This document shows positions 53,901 through 62,933 of a stretch of DNA of 62,933 nucleotides, piece after piece. The translations under genes were made by a program, and so were the position numbers. The notes beneath the pieces were generated by a model. The model searched no databases and had not been told where the DNA came from. It was given only the letters and a program-made list of their open reading frames with translations. Origin of the DNA: Candidatus Omnitrophota bacterium (GTDB lineage Bacteria; Omnitrophota; Gorgyraeia; Zapsychrales; Zapsychraceae); assembly GCA_021108075.1 (NCBI GenBank), contig JAIORP010000115.1:1-62933 (forward strand). The letters are read 5' to 3'. Positions within the stretch are counted from its first letter, which is position 1, and each line of letters opens with the position of its first letter.

Positions 53901-55663
53901 ATGAAATCATTTTACAGGGAATTCCTGCTGCACCAGGTATTGCGTTTGGATCGGCTTTCATCTTAGATAAACAAGAGTTTATCATCGCTCCTCGTGATAT
54001 TTTTGAAAACGAAGTTCCTATTGAGATTGCTCGCTTCGAAGAAGCTCTCATCAAGACAAGAGACGAAATTATTTCGATTCAAAAAAAGATTTCTTTAGAA
54101 ATGGGCGGGCAACACGCACAGCTCTTTGATGCGCATCTATTAGTTTTGGAAGACCGCACATTGGTTGAAGAAGTTGTTAAGAGAGTTAAGTCTGAGCAAT
54201 TATCGGCGGAATACATTTTCTCGAACGTTTTAAAAAAATACGTTAAGATTTTTTCAACATTAGAAGATGAATATTTACGGGAACGTGTTGGTGATATTAA
54301 TGATGTCGGGCGGCGTGTGTTAAAAAATTTGGTTGAAGAAACAAAATTGCATGAACTGGATAATATTGTAGAGGAATTGATTATCATCAGTCATGATCTG
54401 TCCCCTTCAGATACCGCGAGCATGTACAATAAGAATATTATCGCGTTCGCAACAGATATCGGCGGACGGACATCCCATTCAGCCATTATGGCCAAGACAT
54501 TAGGCATCCCTGCCGTTGTTGGTTTAAAAGATGCTACCTTAAAAATTAATAATCAAGACTACCTGATCGTCGACGGACGTAAAGGGTTAGTCATTATTTG
54601 TCCAACGGAAGAGACCCAGAAGAAGTACCATACAGCACAAGACCGCATCAATCGTTTCCGTGATCAATATCATGAAATTAAGGATTTGCCGGCCCAAACA
54701 GTCGATGGACATGAAGTCCGCATATTAGCCAATTTGGAGCTTCCAGAGGAAATACCCAGTATCCTCGAACAAGGGGCGAACGGGATAGGATTGTACCGGA
54801 CCGAATATTTCTATATGAATCGTGTGGATCTTCCGTCTGAAGAAGAGCAATTTGAAGCTTATAAAAATGTTGCGCAGGCCATGGCGCCTCGCATAGTGAC
54901 AATTCGTTCCTTGGATTTAGGTGGTGATAAATTTATTTCAAGCTTACAGATACCCAGGGATATGTATCCCCACCTGGGATGGCGGGCTATTCGGTTTTGT
55001 TTAGCCCGTCCAGACATTTTCAAAACACAATTGCGTGCTGTTTTGCGCGCATCTGCGTTTGGAAATCTCAGGCTTATGTATCCGATGATTACAGGGTTAA
55101 AAGATTATCGTGAAGCGAATGTTATCCTGGATGAGGTCAAAGTGGAATTGAGAGAAAAGAATATCTCTTTTGATGAAAAGATGCCGATCGGCATGATGAT
55201 CGAAGTTCCTTCGGCAGCGTTAACAGCGGATCTGTTGGCAAAAGAAACGGATTTCTTCAGTATTGGGACAAATGATTTGATTCAATATTGTCTGGCCGTG
55301 GAAAGAGGGAACGAACAGACGGCCAATTTATATGAACCCGGGCATCCGAGTGTGTTGCGTTTAATCAAGGGAACAATTGATGCGGCTCATAACGAAAATA
55401 TCACGGTTGGCCTTTGCGGGGAAATGGCGAATGAACCGATTTTAACCCTCATATTGTTAGGGTTTGGATTAGATGATTTCAGTATGTCGCCGTTCAGTAT
55501 TTTACAGATCAAAAAATTGATTCGTAGCATTAATTATGCCGACGCAGAGAAACTTGCCAATGAGGCCTTGAAATTAGGCACAGGCCAAGAAGTCGAAGAT
55601 TTATGCCGGGAAAAACTTTTGGAATTAGCGCCACAAATTCTAAGTCAAGATAAGGAAGATTAA
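53897..55663 (+). CDS. ptsI: Phosphoenolpyruvate-protein phosphotransferase (Enzyme I)
   Basis: [11 protein letters not shown] (phospho-His), [15 protein letters not shown] and CGEMA. Confidence 0.93.
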   Translation: MNEIILQGIPAAPGIAFGSAFILDKQEFIIAPRDIFENEVPIEIARFEEALIKTRDEIISIQKKISLEMGGQHAQLFDAHLLVLEDRTLVEEVVKRVKSEQLSAEYIFSNVLKKYVKIFSTLEDEYLRERVGDINDVGRRVLKNLVEETKLHELDNIVEELIIISHDLSPSDTASMYNKNIIAFATDIGGRTSHSAIMAKTLGIPAVVGLKDATLKINNQDYLIVDGRKGLVIICPTEETQKKYHTAQDRINRFRDQYHEIKDLPAQTVDGHEVRILANLELPEEIPSILEQGANGIGLYRTEYFYMNRVDLPSEEEQFEAYKNVAQAMAPRIVTIRSLDLGGDKFISSLQIPRDMYPHLGWRAIRFCLARPDIFKTQLRAVLRASAFGNLRLMYPMITGLKDYREANVILDEVKVELREKNISFDEKMPIGMMIEVPSAALTADLLAKETDFFSIGTNDLIQYCLAVERGNEQTANLYEPGHPSVLRLIKGTIDAAHNENITVGLCGEMANEPILTLILLGFGLDDFSMSPFSILQIKKLIRSINYADAEKLANEALKLGTGQEVEDLCREKLLELAPQILSQDKED

Positions 55664-55692
55664 CTCGATTATTTGAGGAAATACGTGTATTT

Positions 55693-56430
55693 ATGAAACT
55701 ATTGATTTTAGCTGCTGGTTACGGAACTCGACTCTATGCAATCACGAAAGACAAACCTAAAGCTTTATTGGAGATTAAAGGGATACCTATCCTTGAATAT
55801 ATTGTCAAAAGTGTCGAAAACATTGGTGATTTATCGGAAATTATTATTGTGACCAATGATAAATTCGAAGGGACGTTCCGGGATTGGGCCGAGCAGGTCC
55901 GGTACTCTGTCCCGATAACTGTCATCAGTGACGGGACCAACAGTCCTGATAAGCGTCTGGGTTCGATCGGAGATATAGCCTATGTTTTAAAGCAGTATGC
56001 CTTTAAAGAAGATTTGTTGGTCGCAGGCGGGGATAATCTTTTCAACTTTAACCTGGATGAATACATTAACTGGGCGCATCAAATGGGGCCGCATGTTTCG
56101 ATCGGGTTATATGATATTGAGAACCTGGAAGAAGCAAAAAAGTTTGGGGTCGTTGGTTTAGATCCGGACAATAAAATTATCAGTTTCGAAGAAAAACCGC
56201 AAAATCCGAAATCGACACTTGTTGCGATGTGTTTTTACTATATCCCGTATCAATCTTTTGGTCTGATCCATCAATATTTAACCGAGACCGAAAAGTCTGA
56301 TACTGCAGGGGATTACATCCGTTGGTTGCATGAAAAGAATGAAGTTTTTGGTTTTAAGTTTAGTGGGAAATGGTACGATATTGGAAGTGTGGAATCGTAT
56401 TATGAAGCTCAAGAGAAATTTTCGTTCTAA
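55693..56430 (+). CDS. Sugar-phosphate nucleotidyltransferase
   Basis: LILAAGYGTRL...KPKALL and a later EKP motif. Confidence 0.8.
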   Translation: MKLLILAAGYGTRLYAITKDKPKALLEIKGIPILEYIVKSVENIGDLSEIIIVTNDKFEGTFRDWAEQVRYSVPITVISDGTNSPDKRLGSIGDIAYVLKQYAFKEDLLVAGGDNLFNFNLDEYINWAHQMGPHVSIGLYDIENLEEAKKFGVVGLDPDNKIISFEEKPQNPKSTLVAMCFYYIPYQSFGLIHQYLTETEKSDTAGDYIRWLHEKNEVFGFKFSGKWYDIGSVESYYEAQEKFSF

Positions 56431-56479
56431 ATGCATGTTAATTTACAGTTGGTATTCTATATAAAAAGGGAGGCATGAG

Positions 56480-57631
56480 GTGAAAGGAACATATTTTATT
56501 ACTTCTGAATCTGTTGGAAATGGACATCCGGATAAAGTTTGTGACCAGATTTCAGATGCTGTCTTAGACGCGGTATTAAAGCAAGATCCAAAGGGTCGCG
56601 TTGCTTGTGAAACATTTATTTCTATGGGTTTAGTGATTGTCGGTGGCGAGATCACAACATTAACATATTTTGATGTGCATAAACTGGTCAGAAGAGTTTT
56701 ACGTGAAATCGGATATAATCATCCTAAATATGGTTTTGATGCAAATACGTGTTCGATTTTGAACGCAATTAATAGCCAATCTCCGGACATCGCACAGGGT
56801 GTTGACACGGGTGGAGCGGGTGATCAAGGGATCATGTGGGGGTATGCTGTTGATGAAACTCCTGAATTAATGCCATTACCCATTATGTTAGCCCATCGGC
56901 TGGTTAAGCGCATTGAAGATTTACGCAAAGATGGAACGCTGCCTTACTTGGGTCCGGATTGTAAGAGTCAGGTCACGGTTGAATATAAGGATGATGACCC
57001 GGTCAGAGTGGATGCTGTTGTTTTAGCTTGCCAGCATACGGAAGATATCCTTGATAAGACTGGCATGAAAATCACGAAGAAAGCCCGTCAAGACATCATC
57101 GATCAGGTCGCGAGGCCGATTGTTGGTCAATTGATAGATAAGAAGACAAAATTTTATATTAATGAAACGGGTAAATTCGTCGTTGGCGGACCGCAGTCAG
57201 ACACGGGTGTCACCGGACGAAAAATCATTGTTGATACTTATGGCGGTGTCGTTGCTCATGGAGGTGGCGCATTCTCCGGTAAAGATCCAACCAAAGTTGA
57301 CCGGTCTGCTACTTATATGTCGCGTTATGTTGCAAAAAATATCGTGGCCGCTAAGTTAGCGAAAAAATGTCTGGTCCAGTTCAGTTATGCTATTGGATAC
57401 CCTGCTCCAGTTAGTGTCTTCGTGGACACGTTCGGAACAGGCACTGTTTCAGATGAAAGATTGACAGAATTAGTCCGTAAACATTTTGATCTGACACCAA
57501 GAGGAATCATCAAAGCGTTAGATCTTACAAAACCGCGATATCAACGCACAGCAGTTTATGGACATTTCGGTCGCAAAGGTTTTACCTGGGAAAAGACAGA
57601 CAAAGCGTTGGCCTTAAAAAAAGATGCTTAA
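56480..57631 (+). CDS. metK: S-adenosylmethionine synthase
   Basis: [25 protein letters not shown], and [19 protein letters not shown] start with aagggagg upstream. Confidence 0.95.
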   Translation: MKGTYFITSESVGNGHPDKVCDQISDAVLDAVLKQDPKGRVACETFISMGLVIVGGEITTLTYFDVHKLVRRVLREIGYNHPKYGFDANTCSILNAINSQSPDIAQGVDTGGAGDQGIMWGYAVDETPELMPLPIMLAHRLVKRIEDLRKDGTLPYLGPDCKSQVTVEYKDDDPVRVDAVVLACQHTEDILDKTGMKITKKARQDIIDQVARPIVGQLIDKKTKFYINETGKFVVGGPQSDTGVTGRKIIVDTYGGVVAHGGGAFSGKDPTKVDRSATYMSRYVAKNIVAAKLAKKCLVQFSYAIGYPAPVSVFVDTFGTGTVSDERLTELVRKHFDLTPRGIIKALDLTKPRYQRTAVYGHFGRKGFTWEKTDKALALKKDA

Positions 57632-57683
57632 ATCGTTTGTATAGGCCGATAAAGCCGTTTTTAAAAATACATTGCTTGTTAAA

Positions 57684-57754
57684 AAGAGGTTGCGGTCAGT
57701 TGCTTTTAATATTATTATGTTAAATCGTAATAAAAGTGACTTAAGCAACCTCTT
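57684..57754 (+). repeat. 71-nt hairpin next to a palindromic repeat copy
   Basis: aagaggttgc (57684-57693) pairs with gcaacctctt (57745-57754). Inner pairs are gtca/tgac and tttta/taaaa. Confidence 0.5.
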
Positions 57755-57785
57755 ATGGTGTTGAGGAAGTTACATGTATTAAATT

Positions 57786-57888
57786 ATATCAAACCCATTA
57801 AATAATTGTCCTATTTGAATGTTAATATTCTCGTTTAACCGTCGAGAATATTATAATGATTTTGGTAATTATTTAATGAATTTGGTAT
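57786..57888 (-). repeat. Palindromic intergenic repeat, long form, most diverged copy
   Basis: The reverse complement reads ataccaaattcattaaataattaccaaaatcattataatattctcgacggttaaacgagaatattaacattcaaataggacaattatttaatgggtttgatat. Confidence 0.8.
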
Positions 57889-57918
57889 TAGTTATTAATA
57901 TTAATAAGTGAGGAAAGT

Positions 57919-59334
57919 ATGACACAAGCGAAATTAGAAAATGATTATAAAGTTAAAGATATTTCTTTAGCTGATTTTGGCCATAAAGAAATTGAATTAG
58001 CTGAAGCGGAAATGCCGGGATTGATGGCTTTAAAGAAGAAGTATACCGGACAAAAACCTTTAGAGGGCGCGCGCGTCATGGGCTCTCTGCATATGACAAT
58101 CCAAACAGCTGTTTTGATTAAAATATTGGTCGCATTAGGAGCAGACGTGCGCTGGGCGAGTTGCAATATCTTTTCGACTCAAGACCATGCCGCGGCAGCT
58201 ATCGCTCAATTGGGCGTTCCGGTTTTTGCCTGGAAAGGCGAGACTTTAGAAGAATATTGGTGGTGCACAAAGTCGGCTTTGATTTTTCCGGATGGAAAAG
58301 GACCGCATCTTATTGTTGATGACGGGGGCGATGCGACCATGTTGGTGCACAGGGGTGTTGCTGCTGAAAAAGATGCGGGTATACTGGATTCCACTGTTGA
58401 GGCGGAAGATGAAAGGTGCCTGTATGCTTATTTAAAGGAATCTTTAAATGAAGATCCTCGGCGTTGGACGAAGATAGCGTCAGAAATTAAAGGTGTTTCC
58501 GAAGAAACGACAACCGGTGTTCACCGTTTGTATCAAATGATGAAAGAGGGTGAACTGCTGTTTCCTGCGATTAACGTTAATGATTCTGTGACAAAATCTA
58601 AATTTGATAATCTTTACGGATGCCGGGAATCTTTAGCAGATGGCATTAAGCGCGCGACAGATATCATGGTCGCAGGCAAGGTGGCTGTTGTTTGCGGTTA
58701 TGGTGATGTTGGAAAGGGCTGCGCGCAGTCATTGCGCAGTTACGGCGCCCGTGTTATTGTAACGGAGATCGATCCTATTTGTGCCTTACAGGCGGCCATG
58801 GAAGGGCTTGAAGTCAGACAATTGGAAGACGTGCTCGATGTGGGTAATATCTATGTTACCGCAACAGGTAATTGTGATGTTATTCGTGTTGAGCATATGC
58901 AAAAAATGAGAGACTTGTCGATTATCTGCAATATCGGACATTTTGATAATGAAATTCAGGTCGGAGGATTAGATAAGATTCCGGGAATAAAAAGAGTGAA
59001 CGTTAAACCTCAGGTTGACCAATTTTATTTTGAGGACGGACGTTCTATTATTTTACTCGCGGAAGGTCGGCTTGTTAATTTGGGCTGCGCGACCGGGCAT
59101 CCATCGTTTGTGATGAGCAATTCCTTTACAAACCAAACGCTTGCTCAGATTGATTTGTGGCAAAAGGATTATAAGCTCGGAGTTTACTGCTTGTTGAAAA
59201 AATTAGATGAAGAGGTCGCTCGTTTGCACTTAGAGCATGTTCAAGTACAATTATCACAATTAACCCGGAAGCAAGCAGACTATCTAGGTGTTCCTGTCGA
59301 GGGACCGTATAAACCGGATCATTACCGATATTAA
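57919..59334 (+). CDS. ahcY: Adenosylhomocysteinase
   Basis: EMPGLMA...DDGGDAT...SEETTTGV...GYGDVGKG...GHFDNEI, with a conserved C-terminal YRY. Confidence 0.95.
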   Translation: MTQAKLENDYKVKDISLADFGHKEIELAEAEMPGLMALKKKYTGQKPLEGARVMGSLHMTIQTAVLIKILVALGADVRWASCNIFSTQDHAAAAIAQLGVPVFAWKGETLEEYWWCTKSALIFPDGKGPHLIVDDGGDATMLVHRGVAAEKDAGILDSTVEAEDERCLYAYLKESLNEDPRRWTKIASEIKGVSEETTTGVHRLYQMMKEGELLFPAINVNDSVTKSKFDNLYGCRESLADGIKRATDIMVAGKVAVVCGYGDVGKGCAQSLRSYGARVIVTEIDPICALQAAMEGLEVRQLEDVLDVGNIYVTATGNCDVIRVEHMQKMRDLSIICNIGHFDNEIQVGGLDKIPGIKRVNVKPQVDQFYFEDGRSIILLAEGRLVNLGCATGHPSFVMSNSFTNQTLAQIDLWQKDYKLGVYCLLKKLDEEVARLHLEHVQVQLSQLTRKQADYLGVPVEGPYKPDHYRY

Positions 59335-59382
59335 ACTATAAAATAATTTAGGAGTTGAAGGAGTTATTTAAGGAGGAAAACA

Positions 59383-60375
59383 ATGGCAAAAATTTATTAT
59401 GAAAAAGATGCGGATTTAAATATGTTGAAAGATAAAACCATTGCGATCATCGGTTATGGCATCCAAGGTCGCGGGCAAGCGTTGAATTTACGTGATAGTG
59501 GATTGAATGTTATCGTTTCTGAATTAGCAAGTACACCTAATTTTGAGACGGCCAGGCAAGACGGATTTGAGCCGGTTGACGCGAAAGTCGCCGCCCAGAA
59601 AGCTGATATTATTCAGATCTTAACGCAAGATCACGTTCAAGCTGATTTGTATTCCAATTGCATTGAAGAATATATGCAAACCGGTAAATCGTTGGTTTTT
59701 TCTCATGGATTTAATATCCATTTTAAACAAATCGTGCCACCTGCCGAAGTTGATGTGTGGATGATCGCTCCTAAGGGGCCCGGGGCGTTGGTTCGTTCTC
59801 AATATGAAGAAGGCAAAGGCGTGCCCTGTTTGGTTGCTATTTATCAAGATGCCTCCGGGAATGCATTAAAAGACGCATTAGCTTATGCCAAAGGCATTGG
59901 CGGTGCCAGAGCAGGTGTTATTGAAACAACATTTAAAGAAGAGACAGAAACCGATTTGTTCGGCGAACAAGTTGTTCTCTGCGGGGGTGTTTCAGAATTA
60001 GTTAAAAAAGGTTTTGAGACATTAGTCGAAGCTGGTTATCAGCCGGAAATTGCTTATTTTGAATGTCTCCATGAATTAAAGCTCATCACAGACCTTATTT
60101 ATACCGACGGTATCGTTGGCATGCGCAAACGCGTTTCAGATACGGCAGAATATGGTGATTATTCCCGAGGACCAAGGGTGATTGATGCTCGAATCCATGA
60201 AGAGATGAAGAAAATTCTTGCCGAAGTTCAATCCGGTGAGTTTGCTCGCGAGTGGATGGCTGAAAACAAGAACAACCGTCCGAACTTCACAAAATATCGT
60301 GAAGACGCTGAAAAGCATCCTATTGAAGCGGTTGGAAAACAACTCCGGGAAATGATGCCCTGGATGAAGAAGTAA
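59383..60375 (+). CDS. ilvC: Ketol-acid reductoisomerase (class I)
   Basis: [21 protein letters not shown]...FSHGFNI...LFGEQ..LCGG. Confidence 0.95.
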   Translation: MAKIYYEKDADLNMLKDKTIAIIGYGIQGRGQALNLRDSGLNVIVSELASTPNFETARQDGFEPVDAKVAAQKADIIQILTQDHVQADLYSNCIEEYMQTGKSLVFSHGFNIHFKQIVPPAEVDVWMIAPKGPGALVRSQYEEGKGVPCLVAIYQDASGNALKDALAYAKGIGGARAGVIETTFKEETETDLFGEQVVLCGGVSELVKKGFETLVEAGYQPEIAYFECLHELKLITDLIYTDGIVGMRKRVSDTAEYGDYSRGPRVIDARIHEEMKKILAEVQSGEFAREWMAENKNNRPNFTKYREDAEKHPIEAVGKQLREMMPWMKK

Positions 60376-60443
60376 GAATCGATTAAATTCAGGTTATCAC
60401 GGATACCACAGACGAGTGTGTCTGTCCGAAGGGATGGGGTATC

Positions 60444-61997
60444 ATGAAGAAAAAAGATAAAGTTATTATTTTTGATACAACCTTGCGTGATGGGGAACAA
60501 GCTCCAGGCGCAAGTATGAATGAGCAGCAAAAATTAGACGTTGCTTTTGCAATGGAACGGCTGGGAGTGGATATTATTGAAGCCGGCTTTCCTGTTATTT
60601 CCGACGGTGACTTTAATTCCGTAAAATTAGTGGCCAGGAACATCAAGAAGTCAACGGTCTGTGGATTGGCCCGGTCCATGAAGAAGGACATTGACGCTGC
60701 CGCTGAATCTTTGGAACCGGCCAGGCAAAAACGTATCCATGTTTTTTTGGCAACGTCTAAGATTCACATGGAACATAAGTTGCGTAAGAATATGGATGAA
60801 ATTTTAAAGATGGCTGTTGATGCTGTTAAATATGCGCGCAAGAAATTTGATAATATCGAATTCTCGCCGGAAGACGCCTCACGCACGGACAGGGAGTTTT
60901 TGTTCCGCATACTCGAAGCTGTCATTAACGCAGGGGCAACGACCGTCAATATTCCTGATACTGTCGGTTACAGTATCCCGTCAGAATACGGCCAATTAAT
61001 TATGGATATCAGAAATAATGTGCCGAATATAAATAAAGCGGTCATCTCGGTCCATTGCCACGATGACTTGGGTCTGAGTGTTGCCAACTCTCTGGCGGCC
61101 GTGAAGAATGGGGCCCGGCAAGTTGAATGCACAATCAACGGCATAGGTGAACGCGCCGGAAATGCTTCGATGGAAGAAATTGTCATGAGCCTTAAAACGC
61201 GTTCTGATTATTACCAATGCGCAACGGGAATCAAGACAAAAGAGATTTGCCGTGTATCCCGTATTGTCAGTAAATATACGGGATTTGTTGTTGCGCCAAA
61301 TAAAGCGATCGTCGGGCATAATGCCTTTCGGCATGAAGCCGGCATCCATCAGGATGGCGTCTTAAAAGAGCGTTCGACTTATGAGATCATGAAGCCGGAA
61401 GACGTTGGCTTCTTTGGAACGGGCTTGGTGTTAGGCAAGCATTCCGGCCGGCATGCGTTTAAAGACCGCTTAAAAAAGCTTGGTTTCGCGTTAAAAGAGG
61501 CTGATGTCGACCAAGCATTTGATCGTTTTAAGAGTGTTGCGGATAAGAAGAAACAAGTCTTTGATGAGGATCTCATCGCGATTGTTGAAGATGAAGTCCA
61601 AATTACGGAGAATACTTGGACTTTAGATAAGTTAAGAGCGTTAAGTGGAACGGATATAAAATCAGATGTTGAAGTTGTTTTATCGTCAGATGGTAAAAGC
61701 TACACCATGAAACATTCCGGGGATGGCCCGATTGATGCTTGCTACAAAGCGATTGAATCCATTGTTAAGTTGAAAGGACAGTTGATTGATTACTCAATCC
61801 ATTCAGTGACAAAAGGTAAGGATGCTTTAGGTGAGGTTACTGTGAAAGTTAAATTTAAGGACCGTATTGTTATCTCCCAGGGGGCAAGTACCGATATCGT
61901 CGAAGCTTCCGCGAAAGCTTATATTCACGCGATAAATAAGGTTATCAGTCTAGACTCATTCTCCCGGGCGAAAAAGAAATCCGTTAAGAAAGAGTAA
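60444..61997 (+). CDS. leuA: 2-isopropylmalate synthase
   Basis: [20 protein letters not shown], and the C-terminal LeuA dimerisation/regulatory domain. Confidence 0.93.
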   Translation: MKKKDKVIIFDTTLRDGEQAPGASMNEQQKLDVAFAMERLGVDIIEAGFPVISDGDFNSVKLVARNIKKSTVCGLARSMKKDIDAAAESLEPARQKRIHVFLATSKIHMEHKLRKNMDEILKMAVDAVKYARKKFDNIEFSPEDASRTDREFLFRILEAVINAGATTVNIPDTVGYSIPSEYGQLIMDIRNNVPNINKAVISVHCHDDLGLSVANSLAAVKNGARQVECTINGIGERAGNASMEEIVMSLKTRSDYYQCATGIKTKEICRVSRIVSKYTGFVVAPNKAIVGHNAFRHEAGIHQDGVLKERSTYEIMKPEDVGFFGTGLVLGKHSGRHAFKDRLKKLGFALKEADVDQAFDRFKSVADKKKQVFDEDLIAIVEDEVQITENTWTLDKLRALSGTDIKSDVEVVLSSDGKSYTMKHSGDGPIDACYKAIESIVKLKGQLIDYSIHSVTKGKDALGEVTVKVKFKDRIVISQGASTDIVEASAKAYIHAINKVISLDSFSRAKKKSVKKE

Positions 61998-62001
61998 CAT
62001 T

Positions 62002-62871
62002 ATGATTGAACATGAAAAAATGCTTTATGGGTTAATCGGTTATCCAGTCAACCATAGTTTATCTCCGCTGATGCACAACACGGCCTTTAATTTTTTAGAG
62101 GTCAAGGCCGAGTATCAATTGTTTTCATTAAAAGAAGAAGAGCTTGAAGGGTTCTTTAAAGCCTTGAAAGAGGAAGATAGTCCGGTTTTTGGGCTGAATG
62201 TCACTGTCCCCTACAAAGAAAAGGTGTTGGACTATATCGACACTATGACGCCTTTTGCCCAAAAGGTACAGGCGGTCAATACGATTGTCATCAACAATAA
62301 AAGAGAATTTATAGCGTACAATACAGACGGTCCTGGTTTTCTGACGCATTTAACTGAGTTAGGCTTCAATGTGTTGAACAAAAATATTGCCATCATCGGA
62401 GCCGGTGGCGCTTCCAGGGCAATTTTAACTGTTTTATCTTTGATTAAGGATAGACCGAAGACCATTCGCTTGTTTGATATTGACAAAGGCAAAGTGGATT
62501 ATCTCATTTCAGATTTAGGTTCCAGGTTTGATGTCAGCATCATCCAGTCGGTTAACAGTATTGATGATCTTGCGATTGCGGACAGTGATTTGCTTATTAA
62601 CGCTACGCCGATAGGAATGAAGGCCGGTGATCCCGTTTTGTTTGAAAAAGAATTGCTTCACCCAGATTTATTTGTTTATGATCTGATCTATCATCCCGCC
62701 CGGACAGCCTTGCTGCAGATGGCGGAAGAGGTTGGCGCTCCGACGGCCAATGGACTTGGGATGCTTTTTTATCAAGGTGTTCTCGCGTTTCAGCATTGGG
62801 CCGATATTCAATTAGATCAAGAGGTCAAACAATTAATGTGGCAGGCTCTAGAAAGTGGTCTAAAGAATTGA
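62002..62871 (+). CDS. aroE: Shikimate dehydrogenase
   Basis: GLIGYPVNHSLSPLMHN, NVTVPYK, NTDG, GAGGASRA. Confidence 0.92.
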   Translation: MIEHEKMLYGLIGYPVNHSLSPLMHNTAFNFLEVKAEYQLFSLKEEELEGFFKALKEEDSPVFGLNVTVPYKEKVLDYIDTMTPFAQKVQAVNTIVINNKREFIAYNTDGPGFLTHLTELGFNVLNKNIAIIGAGGASRAILTVLSLIKDRPKTIRLFDIDKGKVDYLISDLGSRFDVSIIQSVNSIDDLAIADSDLLINATPIGMKAGDPVLFEKELLHPDLFVYDLIYHPARTALLQMAEEVGAPTANGLGMLFYQGVLAFQHWADIQLDQEVKQLMWQALESGLKN

Positions 62872-62873
62872 TT

Positions 62874-62933
62874 ATACCCATTCCATTAAATAATGACCAA
62901 AACCAATTCTGCTTTTCAGAATTAAGATAGAAC
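62874..62933 (+). repeat. Truncated copy (short form) of the palindromic intergenic repeat, cut by the window edge
   Basis: atacccattccattaaataatgaccaaaaccaattctgcttttcagaattaagatagaac starts 3 nt after the aroE stop codon. Confidence 0.85.

Noticed and set aside
1-62933. The palindromic repeats considered as integron attC sites or as CRISPR repeats.
   Set aside because: There is no integron integrase, and the copies are in mixed orientations and lack the GTTRRRY/RYYYAAC cores. The copies are kilobases apart rather than regularly spaced with short unique spacers, and no cas genes are present.

Overview
This 62.9-kb AT-rich bacterial window codes almost entirely on the + strand. Products were named only from motifs I could read in the supplied translations, because no homology search was possible. 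LpxB, an MsbA-like exporter, an AsmA-like protein and an LpoB-like lipoprotein indicate a diderm envelope. The layout has four parts. (i) 0-11.3 kb carries envelope and regulatory genes: a GT-C glycosyltransferase, LexA, a SPOR protein, an LpoB-like lipoprotein plus partner, a CheY/CheX-like pair and a Memo-AMMECR1 fusion. (ii) 11.6-32.6 kb is an accessory-looking cell-surface locus. It holds a 1151-aa tail-fibre-like repeat protein, a solo IS200/RAYT-type Y1 transposase, a 2971-aa giant surface protein, a 1465-aa K/E-rich protein with 11 TPR-like modules, an AsmA-like protein and a PilZ protein. (iii) 32.7-47.6 kb is mixed housekeeping (YgjP, YggU, YqeY, a polysaccharide deacetylase, a 1099-aa unknown protein), a small island of cysteine-rich secreted proteins, a zinc-ribbon/LemA/M48 module and lipid A genes. 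(iv) 48-62.9 kb is core housekeeping: rpsB-tsf-pyrH-frr, tRNA-Lys/Leu/Gly, ptsN-yvcK-ptsH-ptsI, metK, ahcY, ilvC, leuA and aroE. The strongest signal not explained by genes is a family of about 104-nt imperfect palindromes, with an 82-nt short form. It has seven intergenic copies, and its apical stem carries compensatory substitutions between copies. Both window ends fall inside copies. A second, nested hairpin family lies next to it. Several element/flank junctions form outward TGnTATAAT boxes. The only recombinase in the window is the RAYT-like Y1 transposase. Other points are a palindromic candidate LexA operator with leaderless geometry, a 174-nt stem-closed element between two tRNAs, and a duplicated tRNA-Leu 3' end. 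I saw no CRISPR array and no rRNA.
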